A stretch of 64,000 bases of DNA from Omnitrophica WOR_2 bacterium RIFCSPHIGHO2_02_FULL_50_17 (GTDB lineage Bacteria > Omnitrophota > Gorgyraeia > Zapsychrales > Zapsychraceae): contig MHGQ01000032.1 of the NCBI GenBank assembly GCA_001805645.1, positions 64,267 to 128,266 on the forward strand, in the 5' to 3' direction. Positions 27,798 through 38,275 of the stretch are shown here, in pieces. The position numbers were made by a program, and so were the translations under genes. The notes below the pieces were generated by a model. It was not told the origin of the DNA, made no database searches, and saw nothing but the letters and a program-made list of their open reading frames with translations. The first letter of the stretch is position 1. Every line of letters starts with the position of its first letter.

Positions 27798-28791
27798 TGT
27801 TTTTGCTTGCTCTTTTTCCCAAAAGCTTCTTATAATCCTTGGCCAAAAAATGCCCCGTGCCGGGTCTTTTAACCCAAATATTTTCTTTCGTAAAAACTTC
27901 CCGGGCCTTTATATCTCGGAGAGAAACCACCGATGCGTAAGCAAAATCAATGACCGGCTGCTCTTCCTTCAATATATCCTTTTTACCTCCCGTGGCCATA
28001 AAAACTGCCCGAGAGCCTTTAACAAGTTCTGCTAATTCATCAGGCTCGACCGATAAAGACACATCAGGTCCTGGCCATTGGCGGCTAATCGTAAAATGTT
28101 TTTCCAGCGCGCAAGCCCCGAGGGCAACGGCGCCCAAGCAGGTATAAATATTGATAGAGTGATCGCTTAATCCCACCGGCAAATCAAAAGTCTCGCGCAG
28201 TTCGACAATGGCATTTAACCGGACTTTTTCATAAGGGGTGGGATACATCGAAGTGCAATGCATCAACATGAGAGGACATTTATATCGTTGTATAAGCCCC
28301 ACAGACGCTCTTACAGAACCAATATCGTTCATCCCGGTTGAAAGGATGATAGGTTTTCCCATCGCCGCGATATGTTCCAATAACGGCAAATTATTGCATT
28401 CCCCTGAACCGATCTTGAAGGCGGCGATGTCCAGAGCCTCCAGTCGATCGGCCGCCTCCCGGGAGAAGGGCGTACACAGATATATGATCCCTTTTTGTTC
28501 ACAATATTTTTTTAATCGACGCTCTTCTTCTTCGTTTAACTCGCAACGCTTTATAATATCCCATAATCTTTCCTCGGAAATCTTGCCTGGTTTCATGTCC
28601 GTCGGGATCATTTCCGCTTCGGTAATGTGACACTGGAATTTGACACAGTCGGCTTTGGCCGCAACGGCCGCATCCACCAACTGTCTAGCCTTGTCAAAAT
28701 CCCCCTCATGATTGATCCCAACTTCCGCAATAACAAAGGGCGGATGATTTGGTCCTATCATCCGTCCGTTAACATTGATCTCATTAGCCAT
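27751..28791 (-). CDS. N-acetylneuraminate/legionaminate/pseudaminate synthase family (NeuB-like) with C-terminal SAF domain
   Basis: FVIAEVGINHEGDFDKA…DCVKFQ…LSDHS…motifs of NeuB-family PEP-condensing synthases; 346 aa. Confidence 0.85.
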   Translation of the reverse strand: MANEINVNGRMIGPNHPPFVIAEVGINHEGDFDKARQLVDAAVAAKADCVKFQCHITEAEMIPTDMKPGKISEERLWDIIKRCELNEEEERRLKKYCEQKGIIYLCTPFSREAADRLEALDIAAFKIGSGECNNLPLLEHIAAMGKPIILSTGMNDIGSVRASVGLIQRYKCPLMLMHCTSMYPTPYEKVRLNAIVELRETFDLPVGLSDHSINIYTCLGAVALGACALEKHFTISRQWPGPDVSLSVEPDELAELVKGSRAVFMATGGKKDILKEEQPVIDFAYASVVSLRDIKAREVFTKENIWVKRPGTGHFLAKDYKKLLGKRASKNIARDSQLSPEDIVEH

Positions 28792-28805
28792 ATACGTTCT
28801 CCGCG

Positions 28806-30620
28806 TTAATTAGCGTTAATGACTTCCTGGCGAATCGCTTGATACCACTCATTCTTCCAGTTATCCGAAGTACGACAATAATTTATTCTAAATTTATTAA
28901 CAACATTCTGCACCTCGGCAGAAAACCACCACTCCTCAATTCGATTGTGGTTATCATTAATAAAGCGCGCGGCTGAATGCGGTGTTCCATGAAAAACCCC
29001 CACATCCTTGAGTTCTTGGAAAAAAGGCTTGGCGGCTTCACAAATCCCCCAGACATTCTCATCCCAAAATATAACGCTAGGGATATTTAACCCAAGCGAC
29101 TGCAAATAGGTCGTTTGGTTGTTGTCGCAAACGATCAAACGGCTCCCCTTGGCCTCTTCCAAAAATTTTCTTTTTCCGTCTGAATAGCGCAATCCAGGCA
29201 CCGCCTCCTCCAATCGGCTACGGTTGTACCAACCCAGTTCAGCCGGATATAACCGCACCAAAAACATATTTTTTATCTGCTCAGGGAGCGCCAAAAAAAA
29301 CGCGGCTTGATTCTGAATATATGCTTTATATTGGGGTCCCAGTGGGCTGGATTGAAAAATATTGTGGTATCGGGAATGCGTGCTTGCCACAAAAAGGAAC
29401 GTCTGTATTTTAGCGGTGCTCCTGAGCATCTTTTCTCTAGATAAACCCGGTTGCGGCAAAGGGACAATCTGAGGATTATCGAACTGCGTCCAGCCCCATG
29501 ATATAAATTTGTCCACAACTTTAAGTTCCTGATCGAACATTGAATCAATTTCAAAAATCCCGTAGCCCCCGCCGTGCTGCAGGCCGATGATCTTCGCCCC
29601 CTTCTCAGCGGCTTGGGCGATATAAAACGCGGCCCTGGTATCAAACCGCCAATCAACAGCGGCGATGATCACCGAGGGCACCTGCGTGATCCGACCGCAA
29701 ACCTCTTTGCTTAACTTGTCGTATCCCTCAAGAAAAGCGAGCGGAAAATTATATTCTAAAGTATTCAGACAAATTTGCTGAAATTCATCAGCGCCTTTCA
29801 TTCGAAAAAAATGCCTGCGCAAATCGCAGTCAGGTTTTAACATCGGCATTCTTTTTCTAAAAAATAATCTTGTCGGTCGGAAAACGTCAGTTTCATCCAA
29901 CCTCGTTGCCCCCAACAATGATTGGGCGATAGCACAAATCGCCACAGCCCGATTGGACATTCTCCTTGAGGACTTTGATTTTAAAACCGCCAAACTATCA
30001 TTAACAGCTTCCTTAAAATGTCTTTTGAAGGGCAAGGCCTTATTATTCACATCCTCCCAGGGTCTGGAAGGATACTCAAGACCCATCGCCCGTAAAATCT
30101 GAGAATATAACTGCAAATTATAAATATCCAAGTTGCAAAACTCCATAAACTCGGCGTTATCCGTTGGGCAACTATAGCTACTTTCATCCAGAAGGATTGT
30201 TTGGAGCCCCGTTCTTAGATCAAGGGCGCGCTTTAAACAAGCGTATCGATCGTAAAAGATCTGCACATATCGCCACAACCATTCCCCGAGAATAACCTGC
30301 CAATATCGCAACCCGTGGTCGACGCCATGTGTTTTATTTAAGAATTCAACCAGCTGCCTAAACAGGACTTCATAAGCTTCATCGCAATATTTTTTGGCCT
30401 TAAACATTTGCTCGGGATCATTCCATGGATACTCTAAAACATCGCAGGACAAACCTTGCTTCCATTGGCCTCGCTGATCATAGCGAAGGCACCAATCCCC
30501 CAGGAAAAATATAGGCAAAGAGCTGTCCCAAAACTCGCTCAAGGCCGTTGTTCCCAGAAATATTCGCCCATTCTCTGTCATAATATTAAAAAGTTGTGTA
30601 ACGATCTTCGGGCACTTCAA
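28806..30620 (-). CDS. Large uncharacterised protein (604 aa), possibly LIC12162-type putative nonulosonic-acid transferase
   Basis: No canonical motif recognised; the LIC12162-type suggestion rests only on recollection of that family's architecture; low confidence. Confidence 0.3.
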   Translation of the reverse strand: MKCPKIVTQLFNIMTENGRIFLGTTALSEFWDSSLPIFFLGDWCLRYDQRGQWKQGLSCDVLEYPWNDPEQMFKAKKYCDEAYEVLFRQLVEFLNKTHGVDHGLRYWQVILGEWLWRYVQIFYDRYACLKRALDLRTGLQTILLDESSYSCPTDNAEFMEFCNLDIYNLQLYSQILRAMGLEYPSRPWEDVNNKALPFKRHFKEAVNDSLAVLKSKSSRRMSNRAVAICAIAQSLLGATRLDETDVFRPTRLFFRKRMPMLKPDCDLRRHFFRMKGADEFQQICLNTLEYNFPLAFLEGYDKLSKEVCGRITQVPSVIIAAVDWRFDTRAAFYIAQAAEKGAKIIGLQHGGGYGIFEIDSMFDQELKVVDKFISWGWTQFDNPQIVPLPQPGLSREKMLRSTAKIQTFLFVASTHSRYHNIFQSSPLGPQYKAYIQNQAAFFLALPEQIKNMFLVRLYPAELGWYNRSRLEEAVPGLRYSDGKRKFLEEAKGSRLIVCDNNQTTYLQSLGLNIPSVIFWDENVWGICEAAKPFFQELKDVGVFHGTPHSAARFINDNHNRIEEWWFSAEVQNVVNKFRINYCRTSDNWKNEWYQAIRQEVINAN

Positions 30621-32076
30621 GACGCTGAATTGCCCTGGGACCGCCCGAGTACCTTAGTTTGTCTATTTTATTCTCAATAAAATCATCCACATAACGAGCA
30701 TTCCTGCTTAATCTCTGACGCACTTTCTCAATTTGAGCCCCGTCTAAAAAGACATTGAAAAATCTCTCTTCAGGATGACCATATTTCCGCTGAAAGGAGG
30801 TGTCCGATATTAACTTCTCGCAAATGGCCTGCGCCAAAATAGCGTTTCCCTCCGGGCTCAAATGTATTTCATCTAAGAAAAGCGGCAGGCGACGATCCGC
30901 CTCATATTGGATAAAATCTTCCTCCGCATTCAAACAGGATATTATTTTCCCCGCCTCTCGCAGGGTCCGGCTGATTTTCTTCTTGGAAACAGCCTGATAG
31001 TCGGCATACAAAGGTGTTAAACGTGAATTTTCCACATAGAAATCCCGGTTTTTAACAGTATCTTCGATGCTCACTAACCCTGGATAATCAATCGTGTATA
31101 AAAGAACACCCTGGGACTTGGCGCACCGGGCAATATCAATGAGGTTGTCAAACCAGGCGAGGATATATTCGTTTCTCTGCAAGGCCTCCCAGCGGTCAGG
31201 ATTGGTAAATTTCATATTAGGAATAAAAACAAACCCCTTAGAAAACGCCTGCATCGCCATATAGAAACTTAAAATCGCCGTGCTCGACAAAAAACGATTC
31301 GGCGCACAATAAAGATTATGTTCCTCCCGCACATTCCTGGCAACCCGCGGCTTCCATCTTGTCCCTAAAGAAAGGGAGGTATACTCAAACTCTTCGTTCC
31401 AGCCCTGGTGCAACAAAACGATATCAGGATGATAGCTGCAAATTTCCTGTTTGAAACGGAGAAGATCCTGATACGAATACCATCCCTGCACGCCCGCATT
31501 AACGACTTCAACATTGTACCCCTGGGCATCAAGACATTGCTCCAGTTGCGCTGGCCACGCCTCGTGGTCATCATTGCAATCACAAGCAGTAGTGGAGCCG
31601 CCGAGACAAAATATCCTGAGTTTCCCTCGCCGCTGATGGGATAAAAACTCCCCTCCTCTAAACCCAAGTGAATTGACATTAAAATCGACCCTGGCCTCAC
31701 GGTTCCTTTCAATATCGTCAATTCTTCCAGAACCCTTTTGAAAAACAAACTTATCAAAGATCAAAAAATTTGTTTTCTTGGCGAAACAATTTTTCCGGAA
31801 ACAATTTCCATATACGGGATGATCGACAAGAAAATAATTTACCAAAGAATAAATATATTCAGAGCCATACGCCAATCTTAAAATCAGCGACACGGCGAAT
31901 TCAAGCACGACCAAAGGCAACAAACACAAGATAACCAGCATCCAGCCAGGTTGTCTGCCATACATCTGCCCGATGACCAAACTGGCAAAAATCAGCCAGG
32001 CAAGCAAAAAAACGATTATGATTCTCCCATAATCCCTCTGCATGTTCTCTGCAAGTCGTCTGAATATAACTTTCAT
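30586..32076 (-). CDS. Membrane-anchored SGNH/GDSL-family hydrolase (esterase / O-acetyl-modifying enzyme)
   Basis: Two N-terminal TM helices; block I IFCLGGSTTA (GDS-like) and block V DEIHLSPEGN (DxxH). Probable ATG start at 32076, 3 codons into the ORF-track start. Confidence 0.65.
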   Translation of the reverse strand: MKVIFRRLAENMQRDYGRIIIVFLLAWLIFASLVIGQMYGRQPGWMLVILCLLPLVVLEFAVSLILRLAYGSEYIYSLVNYFLVDHPVYGNCFRKNCFAKKTNFLIFDKFVFQKGSGRIDDIERNREARVDFNVNSLGFRGGEFLSHQRRGKLRIFCLGGSTTACDCNDDHEAWPAQLEQCLDAQGYNVEVVNAGVQGWYSYQDLLRFKQEICSYHPDIVLLHQGWNEEFEYTSLSLGTRWKPRVARNVREEHNLYCAPNRFLSSTAILSFYMAMQAFSKGFVFIPNMKFTNPDRWEALQRNEYILAWFDNLIDIARCAKSQGVLLYTIDYPGLVSIEDTVKNRDFYVENSRLTPLYADYQAVSKKKISRTLREAGKIISCLNAEEDFIQYEADRRLPLFLDEIHLSPEGNAILAQAICEKLISDTSFQRKYGHPEERFFNVFLDGAQIEKVRQRLSRNARYVDDFIENKIDKLRYSGGPRAIQRLEVPEDRYTTF

Positions 32077-32241
32077 TTTCCCCAATAACTTTCACGCGCC
32101 AGCTCAAATTTTCTTTTTAATTTATCTATCCCAATACACCTGCAGAAAAATGCCAGAGGGCACAGAAAAAGATAATAAAATCTATTAATGAAAGATTTAA
32201 TTAAAAACCAATAAATTTTTCTATCCATATATTGTTTAGAA

Positions 32242-34056
32242 TCAATCGAGGGCGAATTCCTCGCGCCAATTCTCTTTCTCCGACCATTGCGCCTGTTTTG
32301 TCTTATCTATGACCATGTTCCCTAAAATAAGATAATCCATTTCCGTCCTCATAAAACAACGATAAGCATCCGCGGGCGTACAGACAATGGGTTCACCCCG
32401 AACATTAAATGAGGTATTAATAAGAACCGGACAGCCTGTCTTGCGATAAAAATGTTTCAGCAAAGAATAAAACGGTCCACTGCTTTCTCGGGAGACCGTC
32501 TGGATCCGCGCCGAGTAATCCACGTGAGTCACGGAAGAAATATCGGAACGAACAACGTTAAGCTTGTCGATCCCGAATAACTTTTGTTCATCGTGTGTCA
32601 TGGGCCTTCTTTTATTTTCTTTTACGCCGGCCACCAAGAGCATAAAGGGTGATGGACGACCCAACTCAAACCATTCCTCGGCGCATTCTTCCAATACAGC
32701 CGGAGCGAAAGGACGAAATGATTCCCGATATTTGATCTTAAGGTTCATATTCTTCTGCATATCCGGTAATCTTGGATCTCCTAAAATGCTTCGGGCCCCC
32801 AAGGCCCGTGGTCCGAATTCCATACGACCGGAAAACCATCCCACAACTTTTCCATCTGCCAAGAATTCCGCGGCTTTTTCGCAGATATCCTGCGAACGTT
32901 CATGAGGGATCCGGTAATCGTCCAAAAATTCCCTAATGTCCTCGTCGGTGTATTGGGGGCCAAGATAAGAATGCCTCTGGATAAAACCCGTATCAGAAGT
33001 TACATCTCGGCAATTATTTAAGGTCTTAAACCACGCATAAAAAGCAGCCCCCAAAGCGCCTCCGGCGTCCCCTGCCGCCGGCTGGATCCAAATATCTTCA
33101 AAAATTCTTTCCTTAAGGATTTTCCCATTCGCCACACAATTAAGGGCAACGCCTCCCGCCAGACACAAAAATTTCTCATTGGTTTGCTTACGAATATACC
33201 TGGCCATCCGAAGCAACACCAATTCAGTTACCTCTTGCACGGATCTTGCCAAATCCATATCATCCTGGGTAATCCTTGCCTCCGGAGCCCTTGGCGGGCG
33301 ACTAAACAATTTCTCGAATTTGTCATTAACCATTTTTTCCCCAACCACATAGTCAAAATATTCTATGTTCAATCGGAATGAGCCATCCGCCTTAAGATCG
33401 ATGAGATGTTCCAATATTTTTTGAACATATTTGGGGGCACCATAAGGAGCCAACCCCATCACCTTGTACTCACCTGAATTAATTTTAAATCCCGTAAAAT
33501 AAGTAAAAGCGGCATAAAGAAGCCCCAAAGAATGGGGGAAATTTATCCTTTTATACAACTCAATATTATTGTCGGCGCCGACACCATAAGTTGTCGTTTC
33601 CCACTCTCCTACTCCATCGACCGTAAGGATGGCGGCCCGCTGAAACGGCGAAGGATAAAAAGCCGAAGCAGCATGACTTTGATGGTGCCTGATGAAATCT
33701 ATTCTTCCTTTATAATTCAATTCCTTTTTGATAGTTGAGGAAATCCAAAGTTTGGAGTTTAGTTGTGAAGCCACCACATCCGCGAATAGCCCTCTGCCGG
33801 CAGGCGGAGAAAACAAAAAACTGTCCATGATCCTCTGAAATTTCAAAAATGGCTTCTCGTAATACACGATAATGTCAATATCGCTAACGGTTATCCCCTC
33901 GTTATCCAAGATATATTTAATGGCCATTCTTGGGAAACGGTTATCCTGTTTCTTGCGGGTGAAACGCTCTTCCTGGACAGCAGCGGCAATCTTGCCATCC
34001 GATATCAGGGCGGCGGCACTATCATGATAGAAAGCAGATATTCCCAGTATCTTCAT
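32242..34056 (-). CDS. Carbamoyltransferase (NodU/CmcH/TobZ family)
   Basis: MKILGISAFYHDSAAALISDGKIAAAVQEERFTRKK N-terminus (ASKHA-like) and 604-aa length typical of O-carbamoyltransferases. Confidence 0.85.
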   Translation of the reverse strand: MKILGISAFYHDSAAALISDGKIAAAVQEERFTRKKQDNRFPRMAIKYILDNEGITVSDIDIIVYYEKPFLKFQRIMDSFLFSPPAGRGLFADVVASQLNSKLWISSTIKKELNYKGRIDFIRHHQSHAASAFYPSPFQRAAILTVDGVGEWETTTYGVGADNNIELYKRINFPHSLGLLYAAFTYFTGFKINSGEYKVMGLAPYGAPKYVQKILEHLIDLKADGSFRLNIEYFDYVVGEKMVNDKFEKLFSRPPRAPEARITQDDMDLARSVQEVTELVLLRMARYIRKQTNEKFLCLAGGVALNCVANGKILKERIFEDIWIQPAAGDAGGALGAAFYAWFKTLNNCRDVTSDTGFIQRHSYLGPQYTDEDIREFLDDYRIPHERSQDICEKAAEFLADGKVVGWFSGRMEFGPRALGARSILGDPRLPDMQKNMNLKIKYRESFRPFAPAVLEECAEEWFELGRPSPFMLLVAGVKENKRRPMTHDEQKLFGIDKLNVVRSDISSVTHVDYSARIQTVSRESSGPFYSLLKHFYRKTGCPVLINTSFNVRGEPIVCTPADAYRCFMRTEMDYLILGNMVIDKTKQAQWSEKENWREEFALD

Positions 34057-34059
34057 AAT

Positions 34060-35022
34060 TTAGAAATTTTTAATTGCCTTAAGTTGAATTTGCCCGCTTC
34101 CATATAAAAATCGGGCGAATTTATTATCATACTGTTCATATAAGGGGCTTAAAAATCTTCTTACATTTTTATATCTTGGATATTTCGTTAGTCGCACTAT
34201 ATCCCTAAAACCATTCTTTTGAAGACATTTTATCAGTTCCTCCTCGGAGTCCTCATGATACAAAGGCGCCTGTAATCTGTCTTTAATTGTCAAGACTAGG
34301 TCTTTGTCAAACAACTCAGATACCAAAGCAAGAGATATTTCACTTCCCATCCTATCGCCCTTCTGAGACATAACTGATTGAATCCAGCCAAGGAAATCTT
34401 TGAAAACTTTTTGATCAAGATTATCAATAACCGATCGAAACTCTTTATCTTGTTGGTATTTTAACCTAAGGGAGGTCGTAATCTCACGGATGAGGCCGCC
34501 TTTACCATAGACATCAAAATATAAGGTGCCGCCTTTTTTAGTCACCCTTGCTAATTCCGCTAACCCCTTATAAACATCAACCGTGTGATGTAAAACGCCA
34601 GCACAATGCGTAAAATCGAAATAATTATCAGGAAAATGTATTTTAAAAACATTCCCGATGCTCAATTCATATTTTCTCTTAAACTTTCTAAGATATTTAG
34701 GTGCGGTCTTAACAATTGTTTCATCTAAATCAAAAGCGTATACTTTTTCAGCCCCCAGGGAAAGCATGTTAAAGGTTGCGTTCGCATTGGAACCGCATCC
34801 GGCATCCAGGCAAATTTTTCCTTTAAAAAAATCCGGTTCCACTTTCAGAAAATCAGTGCTGAGCAACGTGGATAATCTTGTAAAAATATAGTTATCGTCC
34901 CCCTGGGCTTTATGAATTTCATGAAAAGTTCTTCTCGTTTTCTTCTCTAAAGCTTTCTTTTGCATATTAAATTCCTTGTTAGATATATTTGCGCAATTTT
35001 GAGAATGGGACCTCAACGACAC
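34060..35022 (-). CDS. Class I SAM-dependent methyltransferase
   Basis: Motif I ICLDAGCGSN; motif II-like YFDFTHCAGVLHH; start may be internal Met (MQKKAL, ~34965). Confidence 0.75.
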   Translation of the reverse strand: MSLRSHSQNCANISNKEFNMQKKALEKKTRRTFHEIHKAQGDDNYIFTRLSTLLSTDFLKVEPDFFKGKICLDAGCGSNANATFNMLSLGAEKVYAFDLDETIVKTAPKYLRKFKRKYELSIGNVFKIHFPDNYFDFTHCAGVLHHTVDVYKGLAELARVTKKGGTLYFDVYGKGGLIREITTSLRLKYQQDKEFRSVIDNLDQKVFKDFLGWIQSVMSQKGDRMGSEISLALVSELFDKDLVLTIKDRLQAPLYHEDSEEELIKCLQKNGFRDIVRLTKYPRYKNVRRFLSPLYEQYDNKFARFLYGSGQIQLKAIKNF

Positions 35023-36079
35023 AATAAGTTACACCGGAAGCCAAGATTGTCATAAAGCTGATTGCCATAAACCCCAGAATAAAGAACGCGTAATTACTCT
35101 GATAAAACGGATAAATTGAACTTAATCTCTCGATCCACACATCATGCCAAAGGAATACCCCATAAGAAAGCGGCCCCAAAACAAGCAGAAATCTCGTCAC
35201 CAATGACGGTTGCCAGTGGTTCGACGCAACGATTTCTGCGGTTTTATGGTTACACCAGGCGATCAAAAATACACTTCCCGCGCCGACCAGTGTTGAAGTC
35301 GGCAGCACCCAGAAATATTTATGCGCCAATTGATAAAGCAAAGAACATACCCCGATAATGCCTAAAGCGATCATCAGCCATGATAGCGGTATTCCCCTTC
35401 GGTCAATGATACTATGCGAAGTCCTCTCCAAAGGGTATATGACAGCCCCCCAAAGGAACGGCCCCAAATTTCCCAATAAAGTACGGTCATCAAAAAACGG
35501 CAACACACCATCGACAGAAGCTCCCGCCAATCGCCAATGGAGGTAAACACTTAAATATTTAAGAACAGGGTCCAGCACCAATAGCCCAAGAAGCATCATC
35601 ATCGGGTTTTGCCGGATTCTAAATTTCTCGATGGCCAAAAATAATAACGGGAAAACAAGATATAGTTGTATAAGCGGACAAATGAACCAGGCCCCGCTAA
35701 CATAACGATATTGAGGATCATATTGTAAAAACAATAACTCCCGGAATGTCTGCGCCGTAAATAATGCATCCTCTCTGTGGAACAAAAACCATATGGAAAA
35801 ATAAGACACATATAATAAAGGAATAATTCGCAATACCCTTCTGAGATAAAAACATTTGATGGATATCCATTGAAGGCGGTAATTCCCCTCATAAAAACTC
35901 TTGCTGATCACGTAGCCGGACAGGCTGAAAAACAACCATACCAGGATTCTGCCGGGGACATTAAGCCGCACCGCTCCCAGGATCGGCGGATACATATGGT
36001 GCCATATCACGCCCAACGCCAAGACACTCCGCAAGATATTAAGACCATCGAATTTAACGTTTCGCTGCCATAAAAACAT
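34979..36079 (-). CDS. Acyltransferase family 3 (membrane O-acyltransferase, OafA/OatA-like)
   Basis: ILRSVLALGVIWHH…YLRRVLRIIPLLYV signature and ~10 TM helices. Confidence 0.8.
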   Translation of the reverse strand: MFLWQRNVKFDGLNILRSVLALGVIWHHMYPPILGAVRLNVPGRILVWLFFSLSGYVISKSFYEGNYRLQWISIKCFYLRRVLRIIPLLYVSYFSIWFLFHREDALFTAQTFRELLFLQYDPQYRYVSGAWFICPLIQLYLVFPLLFLAIEKFRIRQNPMMMLLGLLVLDPVLKYLSVYLHWRLAGASVDGVLPFFDDRTLLGNLGPFLWGAVIYPLERTSHSIIDRRGIPLSWLMIALGIIGVCSLLYQLAHKYFWVLPTSTLVGAGSVFLIAWCNHKTAEIVASNHWQPSLVTRFLLVLGPLSYGVFLWHDVWIERLSSIYPFYQSNYAFFILGFMAISFMTILASGVTYCVVEVPFSKLRKYI

Positions 36080-36098
36080 TATCTGGCGATGCCTCCTG

Positions 36099-37185
36099 TC
36101 ATAACTGACGAATTTCTACCCGTCGCTTTTCCTGAGACGATTGGCGTATGGCTTCCATGGCCCTATGCGTCTTAAGACCGTCCCCAAAAGTGGCTCCGCC
36201 GACCGGGCGACCGTCTCTTATCGAATGAAGAAAATCATCTGCCATCCGCGTAAATGAAGCGCGCCATTCACTGCCGGAAACCCATCCCTCCATCAGCAAT
36301 GGATCCTTGATCGACAAATCGTGCACAGTTGTTGTCTTTCGAAACATCGTCAAATTCTGCTCGCCTTCCAGAAAAAGAGACCCTTTTTCACCATAAATCT
36401 GAATAGATGGCCCTTTCCATCCGATGGCCACACTCGAAACAACGCATGATGCAAAAACCCCGTTCTCAAAACCAAGCTGAAAAGAAGCGATCTCATCGGA
36501 AGTTACCTTGCGAAGCTTGTTACTTTTCAAATCACGGCGCTGGTCGGTAACCGTTTTTAACTCGCCGTTAACCCATTTCACTTCACCAAACCACCAACGC
36601 AACAAATCAATCTGATGAGAACCCATCGTGTAGAGTTGCCCGCCACCTTTTTTGATATCGGACCACCAGTTCCACGGGAGCCCCGGATCGATCCGGTTAG
36701 AGGTACTGTAATCCAGCGTCACATGCAAGATCCGCCCCAAATCCCCGTTCTCCAGGATTTTCTTTACGGCAATCTTCTGAAGCTGAAACCGCATCTGGTG
36801 TCCCACAAGATGGATGACACCGGCTTTTTCGACCGCTTTATACATTTGCACGGCATCCTGCACGTTACAACCGAGCGACTTCTCGCATAACAGATGCTTT
36901 TTTTCTCTTGGCGGCCTCAAAAACAATTTTTTTATGGGTTTCCGGTGGAGTTGCAACGGTAACGGCATCCACGTCCAGCCCCAAAAGCCCCCCGTAGTCG
37001 CTTAGGGCATATGGTACATCAAATTTCTTGGCCAGATTGCTGGTTTTTTCTTTATTCCTTCCACAGATCGCCACCACTTCAGAGCAAGGGTTTGCCTTAA
37101 AAGCCGGGAGATGAACCATCCCCCCATACCTTGTTCCTATAATGCCAATTTTTACAATTTCGGCACTCATAAGACTATTGAACAA
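36099..37185 (-). pseudogene. Gfo/Idh/MocA-family oxidoreductase split by a +1 frameshift in an A7 homopolymer (ORFs 36865..37185 and 36099..36968)
   Basis: The N-terminal ORF has the Rossmann IGIIGTRYGG motif and ends …EAAKRKKAS*; the second ORF continues KKHLLCEKSLG…. The intact paralog at 42219..43370 reads …GKHILCEKPM…. A run of seven A (minus strand, + coords ~36898-36904) sits at the junction, and deleting one A restores a single 361-aa frame. Confidence 0.7.
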
Positions 37186-38260
37186 CTCCCTCCAGCGGCA
37201 TTGTCTTTTTATTATGCGAAACTAAAAGGCGGTTAAAATTTTCGACGTGATCCATATAATTCTTAAACTTTTGTCGTTGTATAAAAAATAATAGTGAAAG
37301 ATATAGCCCCGCCAGTTTCCCACGTCTTGCATGTTTATTCAGAATGGAATTATATTGATTTAAACGACCGTTGGCGGCATCCCTAACAAGACGCAATTCT
37401 TTAATTTCTCTCTGAAAGGAGTTTTTGATTAAATAAAAAGATCTCTGGAGTCCGCCGATTCTCTTGTAAGAATAGGAGAATCTCCGTGCGTTTTCCATGA
37501 GGGCCTTATCGTCAAGTAGATCATAAATGGGGGGGCAACTGGGCCATTTCTTTATGGATATATCTGACAAGTAAAAATTCTTTTGCACTTCCAGGCCCAA
37601 CTTTTTCTTGAATCCATCGCGAAGCGCTTCAAACGAGGCAATAATTTCTTCAAACCGCAAGAAAACATAATCGTTTTCGGATAATTCAGGCAGCAGCCTT
37701 TGCAGGTTTAATAAATTACTAAGAACCGTCCCACGCGATTCGTTGAGGGCAATCTGTTTATTAAAACGTTCATGCAATGAGGCGATATTATCCAGGGGAT
37801 CCCGGACTTGACAGATAAACTTCAGGCTGATCTTCTTGCCTTCGTATCGATAATAATCCAGGATCAGGTCATGAAGAACATCCACATATTTCTGTTTCCA
37901 TGGGCCTTCTTGCGTTGTATATTTTCTGGAGAAATCAAAAATCGGTTTGTCTACATTATCGAAATATATTTCTTCAAATATACGGAAAATCCTTTCTTTC
38001 GTAAGCTCTTCCTTCTCCAGGGTTATCCCATGCGCAGAACATAGCTGTGCGAGAATATCCCAATGAGTGACACTTTCCCCGGCGAACTCTTCAAACGCGT
38101 TGGTATCGGGCGCAATCATGGCTGCGGCTGCTTTGGCCCAGAACTGGTCATGGTTGATCGGCTCAATGGTCCCTTTATTGTGCAAGTCCATCATAATGCT
38201 TCTGATGATGTGAGAGCCTGCACCGGAAGTTGTTAAATAAATAATAAATTTCTTAGACAT
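37175..38260 (-). CDS. Sulfotransferase-family protein (PAPS-dependent)
   Basis: N-terminal IIYLTTSGAGSHIIRS (5'-phosphosulfate-binding P-loop-like) and CQVRDPLDNIASL (RDP 3'-phosphate-binding motif); adjacent to APS kinase. Confidence 0.55.
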   Translation of the reverse strand: MSKKFIIYLTTSGAGSHIIRSIMMDLHNKGTIEPINHDQFWAKAAAAMIAPDTNAFEEFAGESVTHWDILAQLCSAHGITLEKEELTKERIFRIFEEIYFDNVDKPIFDFSRKYTTQEGPWKQKYVDVLHDLILDYYRYEGKKISLKFICQVRDPLDNIASLHERFNKQIALNESRGTVLSNLLNLQRLLPELSENDYVFLRFEEIIASFEALRDGFKKKLGLEVQKNFYLSDISIKKWPSCPPIYDLLDDKALMENARRFSYSYKRIGGLQRSFYLIKNSFQREIKELRLVRDAANGRLNQYNSILNKHARRGKLAGLYLSLLFFIQRQKFKNYMDHVENFNRLLVSHNKKTMPLEGVVQ

Positions 38261-38275
38261 ATTTTTATCCGGACA

